The notes: generated from the sequence alone by a model not told the origin. A stretch of 64,000 nt of DNA from an uncultured archaeon (GCA_964486045.1 CAZALK010000009.1:137309-201308); one strand, 5' to 3'; counted from the stretch's first letter, positions 1 to 10,167 are shown. Translations and numbers: made by a program.

Positions 1-363
1 GAAAATGTCATAACTAGGAAGAATGCTGAAAATATTAACTGTAAAATTGTAGCTGAACTTGCTAATGGTCCAACTACTCCAGATGCTGATCAAAAACTTT
101 CTGAGAAGGGAATTCTCGTAATTCCTGATTTTTTATGTAATGCAGGAGGAGTTACTGTATCATATTTTGAGATGGTACAAGGCTATTATCGCTATTTTTG
201 GACAGAAGCAGAAGTTTTTGAAGCATTAGATAGAGTTATGACACGAGCTTATCGTTCTACTGTTGACGAAGCGGCAAAATTCGATACAAACAACAGAATG
301 GGCGCTTATATCATTTCTATAGAGAGAGTTTTAACGGCAATGCGACTTAGAGGATGGATTTAA
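1..363 (+). CDS. gdhA: Glutamate dehydrogenase, C-terminal part (5' end outside window)
   Basis: Frame 1 from base 1 reads ENVIT...KIVAELANGPTT...IPDFLCNAGGVTVSYFEMVQ, the Glu/Leu/Phe/Val dehydrogenase C-terminal motifs; it continues into ORF 172..363. Confidence 0.93.
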   Translation, partial: ENVITRKNAENINCKIVAELANGPTTPDADQKLSEKGILVIPDFLCNAGGVTVSYFEMVQGYYRYFWTEAEVFEALDRVMTRAYRSTVDEAAKFDTNNRMGAYIISIERVLTAMRLRGWI

Positions 364-429
364 CCCAAAAAACTTTATTTAACATTTCTTCAATTCACAT
401 ATCATTTCAATAATTCCTATAGTGATTTT

Positions 430-1746
430 CTATCCAAAAAATGGGACTAAGATCAATAAATACAATATCGCTATACCGATGTGAACAAAAGCAAATATAG
501 CTCCCATCTTTAACAACCGTTTGTAATTGAAATTTTCTACTCCTGAATCTCGTGCAATTTTTAGAGTCATCATATCGCAAGCTGCTCCTGAAGGCAAGAA
601 ATTTCCACCAAGATTGATACCGATTACAAGTGAAAAAAACAAGGGAATTGATGAGAAACCAAAACCACCGTTGGACACTGGTTCTATTAATAATCCAATT
701 ATCGGGATAAAAATTAACGCTGTTGGAGTATTTGCAACAACACCAGAGATAAAACTAATGATTATTAATATAAGAAAAGCTAAAACAAATGGATTTAAAG
801 CCTCAAACGGGATCAATTCAAAAAGCTCTCCAAATCCAGCTTCTATAAGGCAACCAACGACTACATATAGTGAAATGAAAAAGAACAGGATTTCCCATTC
901 AATATCTTTTAACATTTCACTCATAGATTTTTTTGTATAACTTTTATTAGCGAGAACCAATATTATCGCAGAAATTACCGCGGTTAAATATAGTAGTGGG
1001 AGAATACCAAACAGAATAATTGTTATTATTATAGCCGTTCCATTAAAATAAAACATCCTTTTATTTTTTACCATAGTATCAGTATCTATTAAATCTAGAA
1101 CATATTTTTTTTGTAACTCTTCTATTTTTGGCTCTTTACTTAAAACAAATTTATCTAAAAGAAAAATTGTGCCAAACAATAAAAGGAATGAAAATATCCA
1201 ATAAAACTGAATAAAATAAAGTGTGTTGAGCTCGGAAAATGCAGTAGAAATAATAATGTTTTCTCCACTTGAGAAAGGAGTTAATATTGAGCCAATATTA
1301 ATACAAATCGTCATTCCTAGAAGGTAAGTTCCAGCTTTTATTTTAAGAAAGTGGCAAAGTCGAATTACTATAGGTGCTAATATTAAAACCACAACTACAT
1401 CGCTTATAATTGAAGCTAGAAGAGTAGTAATTATACAGAGAAGCCAAAAAAATATTCTTTGGTTACCTTTTGATAATTTAAAAAGCTTTACAGCTATAAA
1501 TTCTAAAATATTCGAATCCTGAGCTATCTTTGTTATCAGGCTCATGCTTAATATTATAATAATTGCTTCCCATTCAATAAATCCAATAAAAGTATCAAAT
1601 CCTATCCCTATGACTGCACCAGTGATAGTTGCTGCAATAAAACAACATAAAAGTGAAATTGCTACAACATCTAAATTAGATTTCGAATAGCTTAGAATTA
1701 TTAATCCAAACAATATAAAAAGAATGATGAGAAGGATAATATTCAT
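430..1746 (-). CDS. ArsB/NhaD (SLC13/P-protein-like) ion transporter
   Basis: Many TM segments; motifs NIGSILTPFSSGENII, SGVVANTP and NLGGNFLPSGAAC typical of ArsB/NhaD/CitMHS permeases. Confidence 0.85.
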   Translation of the reverse strand: MNIILLIILFILFGLIILSYSKSNLDVVAISLLCCFIAATITGAVIGIGFDTFIGFIEWEAIIIILSMSLITKIAQDSNILEFIAVKLFKLSKGNQRIFFWLLCIITTLLASIISDVVVVLILAPIVIRLCHFLKIKAGTYLLGMTICINIGSILTPFSSGENIIISTAFSELNTLYFIQFYWIFSFLLLFGTIFLLDKFVLSKEPKIEELQKKYVLDLIDTDTMVKNKRMFYFNGTAIIITIILFGILPLLYLTAVISAIILVLANKSYTKKSMSEMLKDIEWEILFFFISLYVVVGCLIEAGFGELFELIPFEALNPFVLAFLILIIISFISGVVANTPTALIFIPIIGLLIEPVSNGGFGFSSIPLFFSLVIGINLGGNFLPSGAACDMMTLKIARDSGVENFNYKRLLKMGAIFAFVHIGIAILYLLILVPFFG

Positions 1747-1928
1747 AATTGTTTAAGATTGTTTTCATTTAATTAGATAATAATTCTAATAAATACATTT
1801 TAATAAATCTATTTAAACTTAACTAAATGAATTTTGAGGTTTGTATCGTTAAGTTTTAGTGCGAATTAATCGAGATCTTCTTTATTTTTATCAATTGAAA
1901 AAAACTAATTGAGAAATTTGATTTTAAA

Positions 1929-2783
1929 TTATTTAATTAGAAATAAGCGAAGGAAAAATAAAAACAAATTCAAATCGTTTAATAGAGAATAATTAGAGAG
2001 TAGGTAATCAAAAATGTTCTCTTCAATGAAAAATTTTAAACTTGTGAAATACCCTTCTTCAATCTTGAGGATTTCAACCATATTTTTAATCAAATTTATA
2101 AGTTCCTTTTCTACTACATGCATATCACAATTCATAGGATTTATGCTAATGATATCCATACCAATTTTTCTCTGAAATGTTACTTGACTCAATTCTGGAT
2201 TTTTTATAACGTTATCTAACTTTGAATAATTATCGAACATTTCTTCAATTTTATTATAAACTTCTTCTTTTATTTTATCAGATAAATGTACTTCAATTAC
2301 ATTAATAACTAAATTTAATGTCTGTTGAAAAATACCTAACATATCGAAAAATTCAGCAACAGTAGTTATTCTCTCAGCTTGTTTCCATTGTGTATAATAT
2401 TCGTCAATAATGCTCTCAAATGGCTTATAAATCTCCACATTCCCCGTCCATTTACCTTGCCAGCTGGTTTTTCTCTCAGCATATTTTTGAATAAATGTAT
2501 GTCTAATAACATCAAGCCTTGATCTTAACATATCACTCTTGACTTCTTTCGAATCAGCCCCAATGAAAAGGAGGTTTGTGTCCTTATCTTGTATATAAAC
2601 CCATCGAAGTCCACCCATCTCAATTGAATCAATTCCTTGCTTAAATTCCACTATTGTAAACTGGTTAAGTGCCGTTAAGAGTCCAGAAACAAGATCCTCA
2701 TTAACAGGAAAATCCATGTATGCCTTATATACCAGTGTAATCCCTGAGTCAGATTCCATGATCCATATATTAATCCTTAACAC
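1929..2783 (-). CDS. Longin-like domain protein (Asgard type)
   Basis: N-terminal IWIMESDSGITL...DLVSGLLTALNQF...IDSIEMG pattern of Asgard longin-like domains, then a helical C-terminus. Confidence 0.6.
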   Translation of the reverse strand: MLRINIWIMESDSGITLVYKAYMDFPVNEDLVSGLLTALNQFTIVEFKQGIDSIEMGGLRWVYIQDKDTNLLFIGADSKEVKSDMLRSRLDVIRHTFIQKYAERKTSWQGKWTGNVEIYKPFESIIDEYYTQWKQAERITTVAEFFDMLGIFQQTLNLVINVIEVHLSDKIKEEVYNKIEEMFDNYSKLDNVIKNPELSQVTFQRKIGMDIISINPMNCDMHVVEKELINLIKNMVEILKIEEGYFTSLKFFIEENIFDYLLSNYSLLNDLNLFLFFLRLFLIK

Positions 2784-2826
2784 CTCTTTAATTAATTTCC
2801 CTTTTATAATCTAACTACGAGTTAAA

Positions 2827-3318
2827 TTAAAATAGATCATTTAAAGAATTATTTTTAACCCAATGTTTTAATTTTCTTACCATTTCTGTTATTTTATTTC
2901 TTAAAGTAAGTTCTGAAGCATTTTTTCCAATCAAATTAAGAAAATCGCTATCCATTTTAAAACTGCTTACAAATACTCCAAATTTTGTTCGATTTGTTGA
3001 TAGTTCTTTTATTCTCAATCTTCCTTCAAGTTCTTTTACATCTTTATTATTCCGAACATTAATCTCAATCAATCGTCCCTTTCCATCTTCCTGTTCACCC
3101 TGATCTTGTAAAACTAGTTCACCTTCCATTTCGACGGGAATTTTCACAATCTCATCTATTACCTTAGTATATAAGACATTGGGAGAGATAAATTTTGCTT
3201 CCATTTTTTTAGCTGGATTCACTGTTTCCCAAAATTTTGCTGTGTAGAGTGCCTTTACTAGCAAATCTTTGTTACAATTTTCTAATTCTACAACTTTTGA
3301 AATTATGCTTGTAGTCAA
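2827..3318 (-). CDS. Hypothetical protein, possibly SRPBCC/CoxG-like fold
   Basis: 163-aa ORF; strand, short helix with W..P, several strands and a long C-terminal helix loosely resemble START/SRPBCC. Confidence 0.5.
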   Translation of the reverse strand: MTTSIISKVVELENCNKDLLVKALYTAKFWETVNPAKKMEAKFISPNVLYTKVIDEIVKIPVEMEGELVLQDQGEQEDGKGRLIEINVRNNKDVKELEGRLRIKELSTNRTKFGVFVSSFKMDSDFLNLIGKNASELTLRNKITEMVRKLKHWVKNNSLNDLF

Positions 3319-3508
3319 AGGAATCTAATAACATAATAATTATCTTAAGTATTAAAATACAGAAGGCTTATAATAGTTTATATCTTTACTATTTTTGAAT
3401 TTTAAACATTTTATACAAATAATCGTCTCTCTCAGACTTCCTCAATTTAATCATTTTTGATCATTACTTTTTTATTTTCATCATCGACGATTATTTGAAA
3501 ATAAATTA

Positions 3509-3712
3509 TTATGTAGACCTAAATAATTTACTTTGCTCAAGATTATTTTCTTCTTTACAATGAGGACAAACCCAAATGTTCTTATTTTTCTTAACGGAGT
3601 TAATGCAATCACTACAAATTGCGATGTCGCAAATACAATAATAGGTATCCTCCATTGAACTTTCACAGTTCTTACTACAAATATAGCATATAGGTGGGGG
3701 CTTTTCAGACAT
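3509..3712 (-). CDS. Small C4C4 RING-type zinc finger protein
   Basis: Cys spacing C-x2-C-x13-C-x-C-x4-C-x2-C-x12-C-x2-C. Confidence 0.75.
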   Translation of the reverse strand: MSEKPPPICYICSKNCESSMEDTYYCICDIAICSDCINSVKKNKNIWVCPHCKEENNLEQSKLFRST

Positions 3713-3802
3713 TATTCAAACCTAATTTATTTGGTGTATATTATACTTTTAATTTTAAGTAATATATTACTTTAATGCATAAATCGAAATTTATTGTGTA
3801 TC

Positions 3803-4000
3803 ATGGACAGGTCAAGATCGGGAATTCGGTTATTGGCACTATTTAGTGTTTTTTTTATCTATAAAGCTATCATGGGAATGATTGAAAATAATACCAACGA
3901 AGTTATTTTATGGTTTCTGATAACCGTAGTGTATATTATCTCTCTAATTATTTTGAATCTTGTTATTACCAGATGGAAGAAGGAAGCGAAAATGGAATAG
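3803..4000 (+). CDS. Small two-TM membrane protein
   Basis: ATG at 3803 (MDRSRSG...), two hydrophobic helices. Confidence 0.65.
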   Translation: MDRSRSGIRLLALFSVFFIYKAIMGMIENNTNEVILWFLITVVYIISLIILNLVITRWKKEAKME

Positions 4001-4018
4001 AAATAAAATAACTGATGT

Positions 4019-4285
4019 TTATTTTTTTTTCCTAAGGAAATCCGGAATTATCTCATCAAGTCCAAGACTTTTTAATACAGTATCTCTTACATTCATCTGA
4101 ATAGTTAAATCTGACATTGTTTTCATTGTATTATCTAAAGATCTGCTCATCTCTTTTATAGTTTCAGAAGTAATTTTTAAGGAATCTCTTATAGTAATAT
4201 TTGTTTCATGCAATTCTTTCGTTAAATTATCCACACTGTTCCTCAGTTCAGAGATTTCTTTTTTAAATTCTTTAAAACCCGCCAT
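4019..4285 (-). CDS. Coiled-coil hypothetical protein
   Basis: 88-aa ORF with a heptad pattern. Confidence 0.7.
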   Translation of the reverse strand: MAGFKEFKKEISELRNSVDNLTKELHETNITIRDSLKITSETIKEMSRSLDNTMKTMSDLTIQMNVRDTVLKSLGLDEIIPDFLRKKK

Positions 4286-4401
4286 TATGTTTAATCTGTG
4301 AATTATTACTTAAATAGTATACTTAAAGCTATTTAAAATTGTTAAATAAACGAGGCTTTCAGCTTATTTTTATACAATAAGAAAAAAAAATGTTATTAAT
4401 A

Positions 4402-5106
4402 TTAAAGGATATTAAATCCGAATATACTTACACCAAAAATCCATAAAGCGAATCCCTGAACCAAGCAGAATATCATGATTACAAAGGCAATAGGAGGCCA
4501 ACTGAGAAATTTAGATATAGCTTTTAAAACACCTATATAAAATTTAACTGATATCGCAACTATGACTGTTATTATGATAAATATTATCACTAATATCCAT
4601 TTTGGATTTATAACTCCTGCAATTAAATTTACAGCCCAATCTGGAACAATTAAAGATATTACAAAAGCTGTAGCTGTGCCTGCTAAAAGACCAATTATAC
4701 TAGCAAGAGGCAAATCAGAAATAGGCTTGAAAAACATTGCTGTTCCTATCACAATCAAGAATATACTTGTAAAGTGGTTAGCCTCTCCATCACCAGGAGG
4801 GTTTACCCCAGGGTTTAATCTTGCATAGTCAAAACTGGGAGAAATATCTAAAATTAAGCTTGTTACCCCGCTCCATACAACAAATATTCCTAGAATTAAT
4901 CCTAAATAAGATAACCCTCTAAGAAATTTAGTTACATTGAATTCCTCTTCTGCCTTTCTTTTCGTAAATGATCCTCTCCGTTTTCTTTCAAAACCCAACC
5001 AAGTAATAGCCATGAATCCTGAAAGAACCATCATTATAGCACCAGATTCGGCAACCCAATTAAAAAAACTTCCGATAATAGCCCAATAATCTATTTGTAA
5101 AATCAT
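4402..5106 (-). CDS. Multi-pass membrane protein, unknown function
   Basis: About 6 hydrophobic segments. Confidence 0.75.
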   Translation of the reverse strand: MILQIDYWAIIGSFFNWVAESGAIMMVLSGFMAITWLGFERKRRGSFTKRKAEEEFNVTKFLRGLSYLGLILGIFVVWSGVTSLILDISPSFDYARLNPGVNPPGDGEANHFTSIFLIVIGTAMFFKPISDLPLASIIGLLAGTATAFVISLIVPDWAVNLIAGVINPKWILVIIFIIITVIVAISVKFYIGVLKAISKFLSWPPIAFVIMIFCLVQGFALWIFGVSIFGFNIL

Positions 5107-5920
5107 ATTTTCCCAACAATTCTATGAAATTTTTAGATTTTAAATAAAAGTAGGATTATGGTTATAAAAATTTATTTATTATTATGAGATCACACGAATT
5201 TAGGGTAAGCTGAAATTTCTTTATATTTATTACCATAATCATAATATACTAGTTCTTTTTTCTATCATTTAATCAAATAACATTATTTTAAAAGATTCAA
5301 ATGTCTGAATGGAAATATAGAATTAATAACAATTCGGGATATAACGACTGTTATCGTTATGGATGAAACGTGGTAGATGACATCATAAATAGTATTAGAG
5401 CAATGAAATTAATGAAATTAAAACGACAACAAAAAAAATTAAAAAAAAAAAAATCTCAAAGATTAGATCGACAAATGATAGGGTTTAACCTTAAGAATTC
5501 CGCAAAGAATTCGAGATAATCATACGAATTAAAATTTACTCTACATTCATGTTCAATTAACAAAAAATAAGCTTTAATTATAAAAAGTTCAATTACTTGT
5601 GATGGTTTTTATCTTTTATAATAGCCACTCTTTTATCTGTTATTAACTACAGATAAATTAAGAAATTGAGAGGTATATTAAAATGGAAGATGAAGAAGAT
5701 TTTCTAAATTTAGATTTTGATGATAGTTGTTATACTACAACTTGATCACTGATTGGAATGTGGTATCGAAGAGCACAACAAATAAAAAAACGAGAAGAAA
5801 AACAGGCAAGAAAAAACCAAAAATAATTAAATCTCAAGAAATTAAATTGTAAAATGTTAGGATTTAATTTTAAGTTCTGCGAGAACAAGAGATTAGAAAA
5901 TTAATATTCTTTTCTTTAAT

Positions 5921-7291
5921 TTATTTTGTCCTATCTTGACCTTCTCCTATCTTTCTATAGATAAAACCTTTACTCTCTACCACTTCTTTACCAAAGATAT
6001 TACGACCATCGATTATAATTGGATTAATATTCATATTTTTTCTAAGTTCATCAAGGTTAGTGGAATAGTATTGTTTATGATTCGTAACAAATATTAAGGC
6101 ATCAGCGTTTTTACTTACCTTGTTAAAATCAGATGTTAATTCCGTTTCTTTATAATCTCTTTCTGTAACCCATGGATCATGTGCTATATATTCGATATTA
6201 TGGGAATGATAACGATTTTTTAAAAAGAGAATGATTTTTTCTGTTGGAGTATTTCTAGTATCATCGCAATCAGCTTTATACGCAACACCCATTAAAGCAA
6301 TTTTTAAATTGTCATATTTATCTGCCACTTTAAGTGCTTCTTCTAACAATTCAACCATATGTTCTGGCATGAAATCGTTAAGGTTTCTCGATTTTAATAA
6401 AATTTCGGAATTATATTTGTTTTCAGTATAAGTACGATGACCATATACAAGGAGATGTGGATCCTTTGTTAAACAATGTCCACCTACACCAGAACCAGGA
6501 TAAAGCATCATCCTATCATGCCTTTTATTTATTAACTCGACAATTTCAAAAATATTTCTATTAAAATCTTCAACAACCAAGGCCATCTCGTTGGCAAATG
6601 CGATATTAACATCCCTGTATGTGTTTTCTATACATTTTGTTAATTCTGCTGTTAAAGTGTCAGTTATTTGGAGCTCTTTTTTTACTACTTTGTTATATAA
6701 AAATAGGGCATTTTTATTTGCTATATCGCAGCCTCCTCCAATTACTCTCGGAAGATCTATTATATATTCGAGTAGTTTTCCTGGCATTACCCGTTCAAAC
6801 GAATAAACTAAGTAGAAATCTTCTCCTCTTTTCATTCCACTACGTTTTTCTAAGATTGGTGCGACTATATTATCTGTAGTTCCAGGGGCAACCGTTGATT
6901 CAATAATAACTGTGGCTCCTTTTTTCATGTGTGGTGCTACCAATTTTGATACATCTTTTAATGATTCGTAACGGGGTATCCTTTTTTCGTCAACTGGAGT
7001 CTGGACATCAATTAAAATAAAATCCGCGTCATCTACTACATCATATTTATCTGTAACGTTAAACTTTCCATTCTTTACCACACGAGTTATCAAATCATCT
7101 AAACCTGGCTCATCTCCTTCAAAAGGGTTTTTTCCACTATTTAACCATTCTATTTTCCAACCTGAACGCTTTGATTGTCTTTGGATACCAGTGACGTATA
7201 GATTCTCCACATCAGCAAGTAATACCGCCATTGGAATTCCAACGTAACCCATTCCAATAACAACTATTTTTACTGTCATTTTAGTTCTCAA
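5921..7291 (-). CDS. wecC: Nucleotide-sugar dehydrogenase (UDP-ManNAc/UDP-GlcNAc dehydrogenase, WecC-like)
   Basis: GMGYVG Rossmann motif, ESTVAPGTT, ERVMPG, ENTYRDVNIAFANE and catalytic GVGGHCL. Confidence 0.88.
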   Translation of the reverse strand: MRTKMTVKIVVIGMGYVGIPMAVLLADVENLYVTGIQRQSKRSGWKIEWLNSGKNPFEGDEPGLDDLITRVVKNGKFNVTDKYDVVDDADFILIDVQTPVDEKRIPRYESLKDVSKLVAPHMKKGATVIIESTVAPGTTDNIVAPILEKRSGMKRGEDFYLVYSFERVMPGKLLEYIIDLPRVIGGGCDIANKNALFLYNKVVKKELQITDTLTAELTKCIENTYRDVNIAFANEMALVVEDFNRNIFEIVELINKRHDRMMLYPGSGVGGHCLTKDPHLLVYGHRTYTENKYNSEILLKSRNLNDFMPEHMVELLEEALKVADKYDNLKIALMGVAYKADCDDTRNTPTEKIILFLKNRYHSHNIEYIAHDPWVTERDYKETELTSDFNKVSKNADALIFVTNHKQYYSTNLDELRKNMNINPIIIDGRNIFGKEVVESKGFIYRKIGEGQDRTK

Positions 7292-7548
7292 TAAATTTTA
7301 ATGAATTTTAATAAATGATGGTGATTACTTATTGAAATAATTCATGCTAGAAAAATATTAAGATAACATTAGGATTAAAAGAATAAATAAAATTTTAAAA
7401 GCTCTTTACATGAAAAAGTTTAACATCTCTTAAGAGATATATTAGACCACCATTTCAATGTTCTACATTCAGAAATCTTTGCGATAAAAATTATGGACCT
7501 AGAATAAATATTGGCTATTGTTATTTTTTTCTTTATTATTAAAAATCT

Positions 7549-7637
7549 TGTTAAAATATGTTCAAGAAATGCTTAAATAGCCTTCATTAGTAAAGACCAT
7601 CGGATCTTGGGTTTTAGCTGTTGATTTCTCTTTGAGT
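7549..7637. repeat. Left arm of long inverted repeat (copy of response-regulator 3' end and downstream DNA)
   Basis: 7557-7637 is the reverse complement of 8918-8998 at 80/81 nt; it extends to 7549-7637 vs 8918-9006 with 2 mismatches. Confidence 0.95.
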
Positions 7638-7671
7638 AATTGAACCTGAGAAATTTTCTTTTCTTTATTTA

Positions 7672-8838
7672 TTAAAAATCTTTTCTTTTTAGTGATAAGC
7701 TAACAATCCGTTTAGAAACTTTCTTAAAAAGGTTATCTCCTAAGAATAAGGCTTCAAGAAAATTTAAGTTTGAAAGACCTTCTGGTAGGCTCATTAATTT
7801 ATTACTATTAAGAGACAGATCTTTAAGAGATTTCAGTAGACAAATTGAATCAGGAAGACATCTTAACCGATTGTGAGAGAGGATTAATAATTCGAGATTT
7901 GTTAATTGCCCTAACTCTTTTGGAAGACATCTTAGTCGATTATTAGAAAGCTTTAATGATTTGAGATTTGTTAATTGCCCTAGCTCTTTTGGAAGGCAAC
8001 TCAATTTATTACCTCCAATCCAGAATTCTTCAAGATATTCTAACTGGCATATAGAATTAGGAAGGAATCTTAATTTATTAGAGCCAAGAAATAATTTTCT
8101 TAACAATTTAAGCTTGAAAATTTTGCTAGGAAGCTCCTTTATTTTATTACTATAGAGTATTAAAACTTGTAATGCATCAAACTTTAGAATCGCTTTTGGA
8201 AAATATTCAAGCTGATGCTCGTGAAGATCTATTTCTACTACTCTTTTATTGTCAATTCCTACTCTATAAAGCAATTCTTCCATTGTTAGATTGTATCCTA
8301 GAGCGTTTAACTGATCTAATAAATCCATTAGAAAGATAAAGTCCTTTTGAATGAGTATCAAATCCATAACTTCGTCAAAACTCAGGAATTTTAAAAATCC
8401 CTCAATCTCAAGAAATTTCATTGTCGCTTTATGCCCGCTTTTATATCTCTGGATAATTTCTGTTTTGAATACTTGTTTCGCCAACGGATCCCCTACCTCG
8501 CTTAATTTTTTCAATAACGGAAACGCAAGGTTGCTGTGTAAAAGACGCGTGTCATAATTATTCTCTGCCCAAACTTGCAAGTTGGAGCTGTGTGCCCAGA
8601 ATTGCACTCCAGGAGGTATTTCAAGCTCAATTGCGTGGTCATCATGTTCTAAAGAATTATCTAATTCTTCAGCCGCTTCATCAATCGAGTTAATTTCATC
8701 AAGTGAGGTAATTTGATCAACGGGAATATTTAACAGTAAAAATTTGCATTGAATAAATTGTTGCTTTTTTACATAAATAATCGTCTCATCGCTTTCAAGC
8801 TTAAGTGTGATGTAATCATTGACTCTAAATTCTTTCAT
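7672..8838 (-). CDS. Leucine-rich repeat protein with Lokiarchaeal-type N-terminal domain
   Basis: N-terminal EFRVNDYITLKL...FWAHSSNLQVWAENNYDTRLLHSNLAFPLLKKL followed by about 8 repeats of 23 aa (LxxLxLxxNxLxxLP). Confidence 0.92.
   Translation of the reverse strand: MKEFRVNDYITLKLESDETIIYVKKQQFIQCKFLLLNIPVDQITSLDEINSIDEAAEELDNSLEHDDHAIELEIPPGVQFWAHSSNLQVWAENNYDTRLLHSNLAFPLLKKLSEVGDPLAKQVFKTEIIQRYKSGHKATMKFLEIEGFLKFLSFDEVMDLILIQKDFIFLMDLLDQLNALGYNLTMEELLYRVGIDNKRVVEIDLHEHQLEYFPKAILKFDALQVLILYSNKIKELPSKIFKLKLLRKLFLGSNKLRFLPNSICQLEYLEEFWIGGNKLSCLPKELGQLTNLKSLKLSNNRLRCLPKELGQLTNLELLILSHNRLRCLPDSICLLKSLKDLSLNSNKLMSLPEGLSNLNFLEALFLGDNLFKKVSKRIVSLSLKRKDF
7894..7995. repeat. 69-bp-period tandem duplication inside the LRR gene
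   Basis: GAGATTTGTTAATTGCCCTA(A/G)CTCTTTTGGAAG at 7894 and 7963, one LRR unit apart (LPKELGQLTNL twice). Confidence 0.85.
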
Positions 8839-8917
8839 TTACTTCTTATTTAAAGAATATATCCCTAACTATTTAAATCAAGTCTCTCTCTAAATAAATA
8901 AAAAAAGATTGCTCATA

Positions 8918-9006
8918 ACTCAAAGAGAAATCAACAGCTAAAACCCAAAATCCGATGGTCTTTACTAATGAAGGCTATTTAAGCATTTCTTGAACATAAT
9001 TTAACA
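8918..9006. repeat. Right arm of long inverted repeat
   Basis: Reverse complement of 7549-7637; includes the last codons and stop of the response regulator. Confidence 0.95.
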
Positions 9007-9349
9007 GGTCTTTACCCGAAAAGGGTTTTGTAATGTACCCATCTGCACCTAATCTCTTGCCTTTTTGGATATCTTCAGCAAAACTCTTAACTGTGAAAAG
9101 TACAACTAAAATATGCTTGAAGCGTTCTTCCTCCTTTACTTGACGTAATACATCCATTCCTGACTTTCCCGGCATCATAACATCGAGGAGGATTAGGGCA
9201 ATACTCTTGTATTGTTCTTCTATAACTCTCATTGCATCTTTTGCATTAGCACTTGTAAGAGTTTTAAAGTCTCCTAAATTTAAGAACTTTTCTGTTAGAT
9301 TCAAAATGTCTGGTTCATCGTCGACCACGAGTACGACTTTACTCATCAT
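8975..9349 (-). CDS. Single-domain response regulator (CheY-like receiver)
   Basis: VLVVDDE, LLDVMMPG (phospho-Asp) and GADGYITKPF. Confidence 0.95.
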   Translation of the reverse strand: MMSKVVLVVDDEPDILNLTEKFLNLGDFKTLTSANAKDAMRVIEEQYKSIALILLDVMMPGKSGMDVLRQVKEEERFKHILVVLFTVKSFAEDIQKGKRLGADGYITKPFSGKDLLNYVQEMLK

Positions 9350-9510
9350 TTACTCACCAATATCTCATCGCTTTTCTTAATTAAAATTTTCTGAGTCATA
9401 ATCCTACTATTTTTTGTCTTGATTAAGTATAAATTAATTTACTATATTTAATTGAATTTAGTCATTTATTAATATTTAAATAACCGTTTTTTTTAGAATT
9501 GTGATCCCAA

Positions 9511-10167
9511 ATGGTAAGACACCGTTTACCTAGATTTCCATTTGATTATATTAATGACAAGGCTGATGAATATAATAATTCAAGATGGATGGAGCGTAAT
9601 CAAAAGAGAGCTACTATGTTAAGCATCCAATATCTTTTTGATGAAAAATTAGATAATAGTGAAGTGGATGGGATACAAATGGAAGATTCATCACTAATTT
9701 TAGAGTTAGGGTGTGGGACGGGTTTTTCTTCCGAGGTCTTAATTGAAAATGGTTTTATTGTAATAGGCGTAGATATTTTACCTGATATGTTATTAAAAGC
9801 AAGAGAAAAGAAGAAAGATATGAAATTTGAAAAATCATTATTATTAATTTTAGCTGATATTAATTATCTACCGATTAGAGCAAATGTTATTGATCATATC
9901 ATTTCGATCTCCTCCTATAACTTTATTATCCATGGAAATAAGAATTTTGGTGAAAAAATTAAGCTTCTCAATAATACAGCAAAATATTTAGGCAAAATTT
10001 TGAAGAAGGAGGGGAGAACAATCATTGAATTTTATCCTATAGATGATCAAGAATTAACTATTTTTAATAATTCATTTACTAAAAATGGGTTTGAAGGATT
10101 CATGGTGAAAAGCAACCCAAAACAAAAATCTGGTCAAACCTTTTTGCTATTAAAGAAAAGAGTATAA
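9511..10167 (+). CDS. Class I SAM methyltransferase, Bud23/WBSCR22-like
   Basis: LELGCGTGFS motif I, GVDILPDML, DHIISIS; N- and C-terminal segments resemble Bud23. Confidence 0.8.
   Translation: MVRHRLPRFPFDYINDKADEYNNSRWMERNQKRATMLSIQYLFDEKLDNSEVDGIQMEDSSLILELGCGTGFSSEVLIENGFIVIGVDILPDMLLKAREKKKDMKFEKSLLLILADINYLPIRANVIDHIISISSYNFIIHGNKNFGEKIKLLNNTAKYLGKILKKEGRTIIEFYPIDDQELTIFNNSFTKNGFEGFMVKSNPKQKSGQTFLLLKKRV

Noticed and set aside
5107-5680. Long AT-rich gap with poly-A runs as a possible origin or ncRNA
   Set aside because: No ORB-like repeats, no cdc6/orc1 nearby and no GC-rich structure; more like decayed small ORFs.
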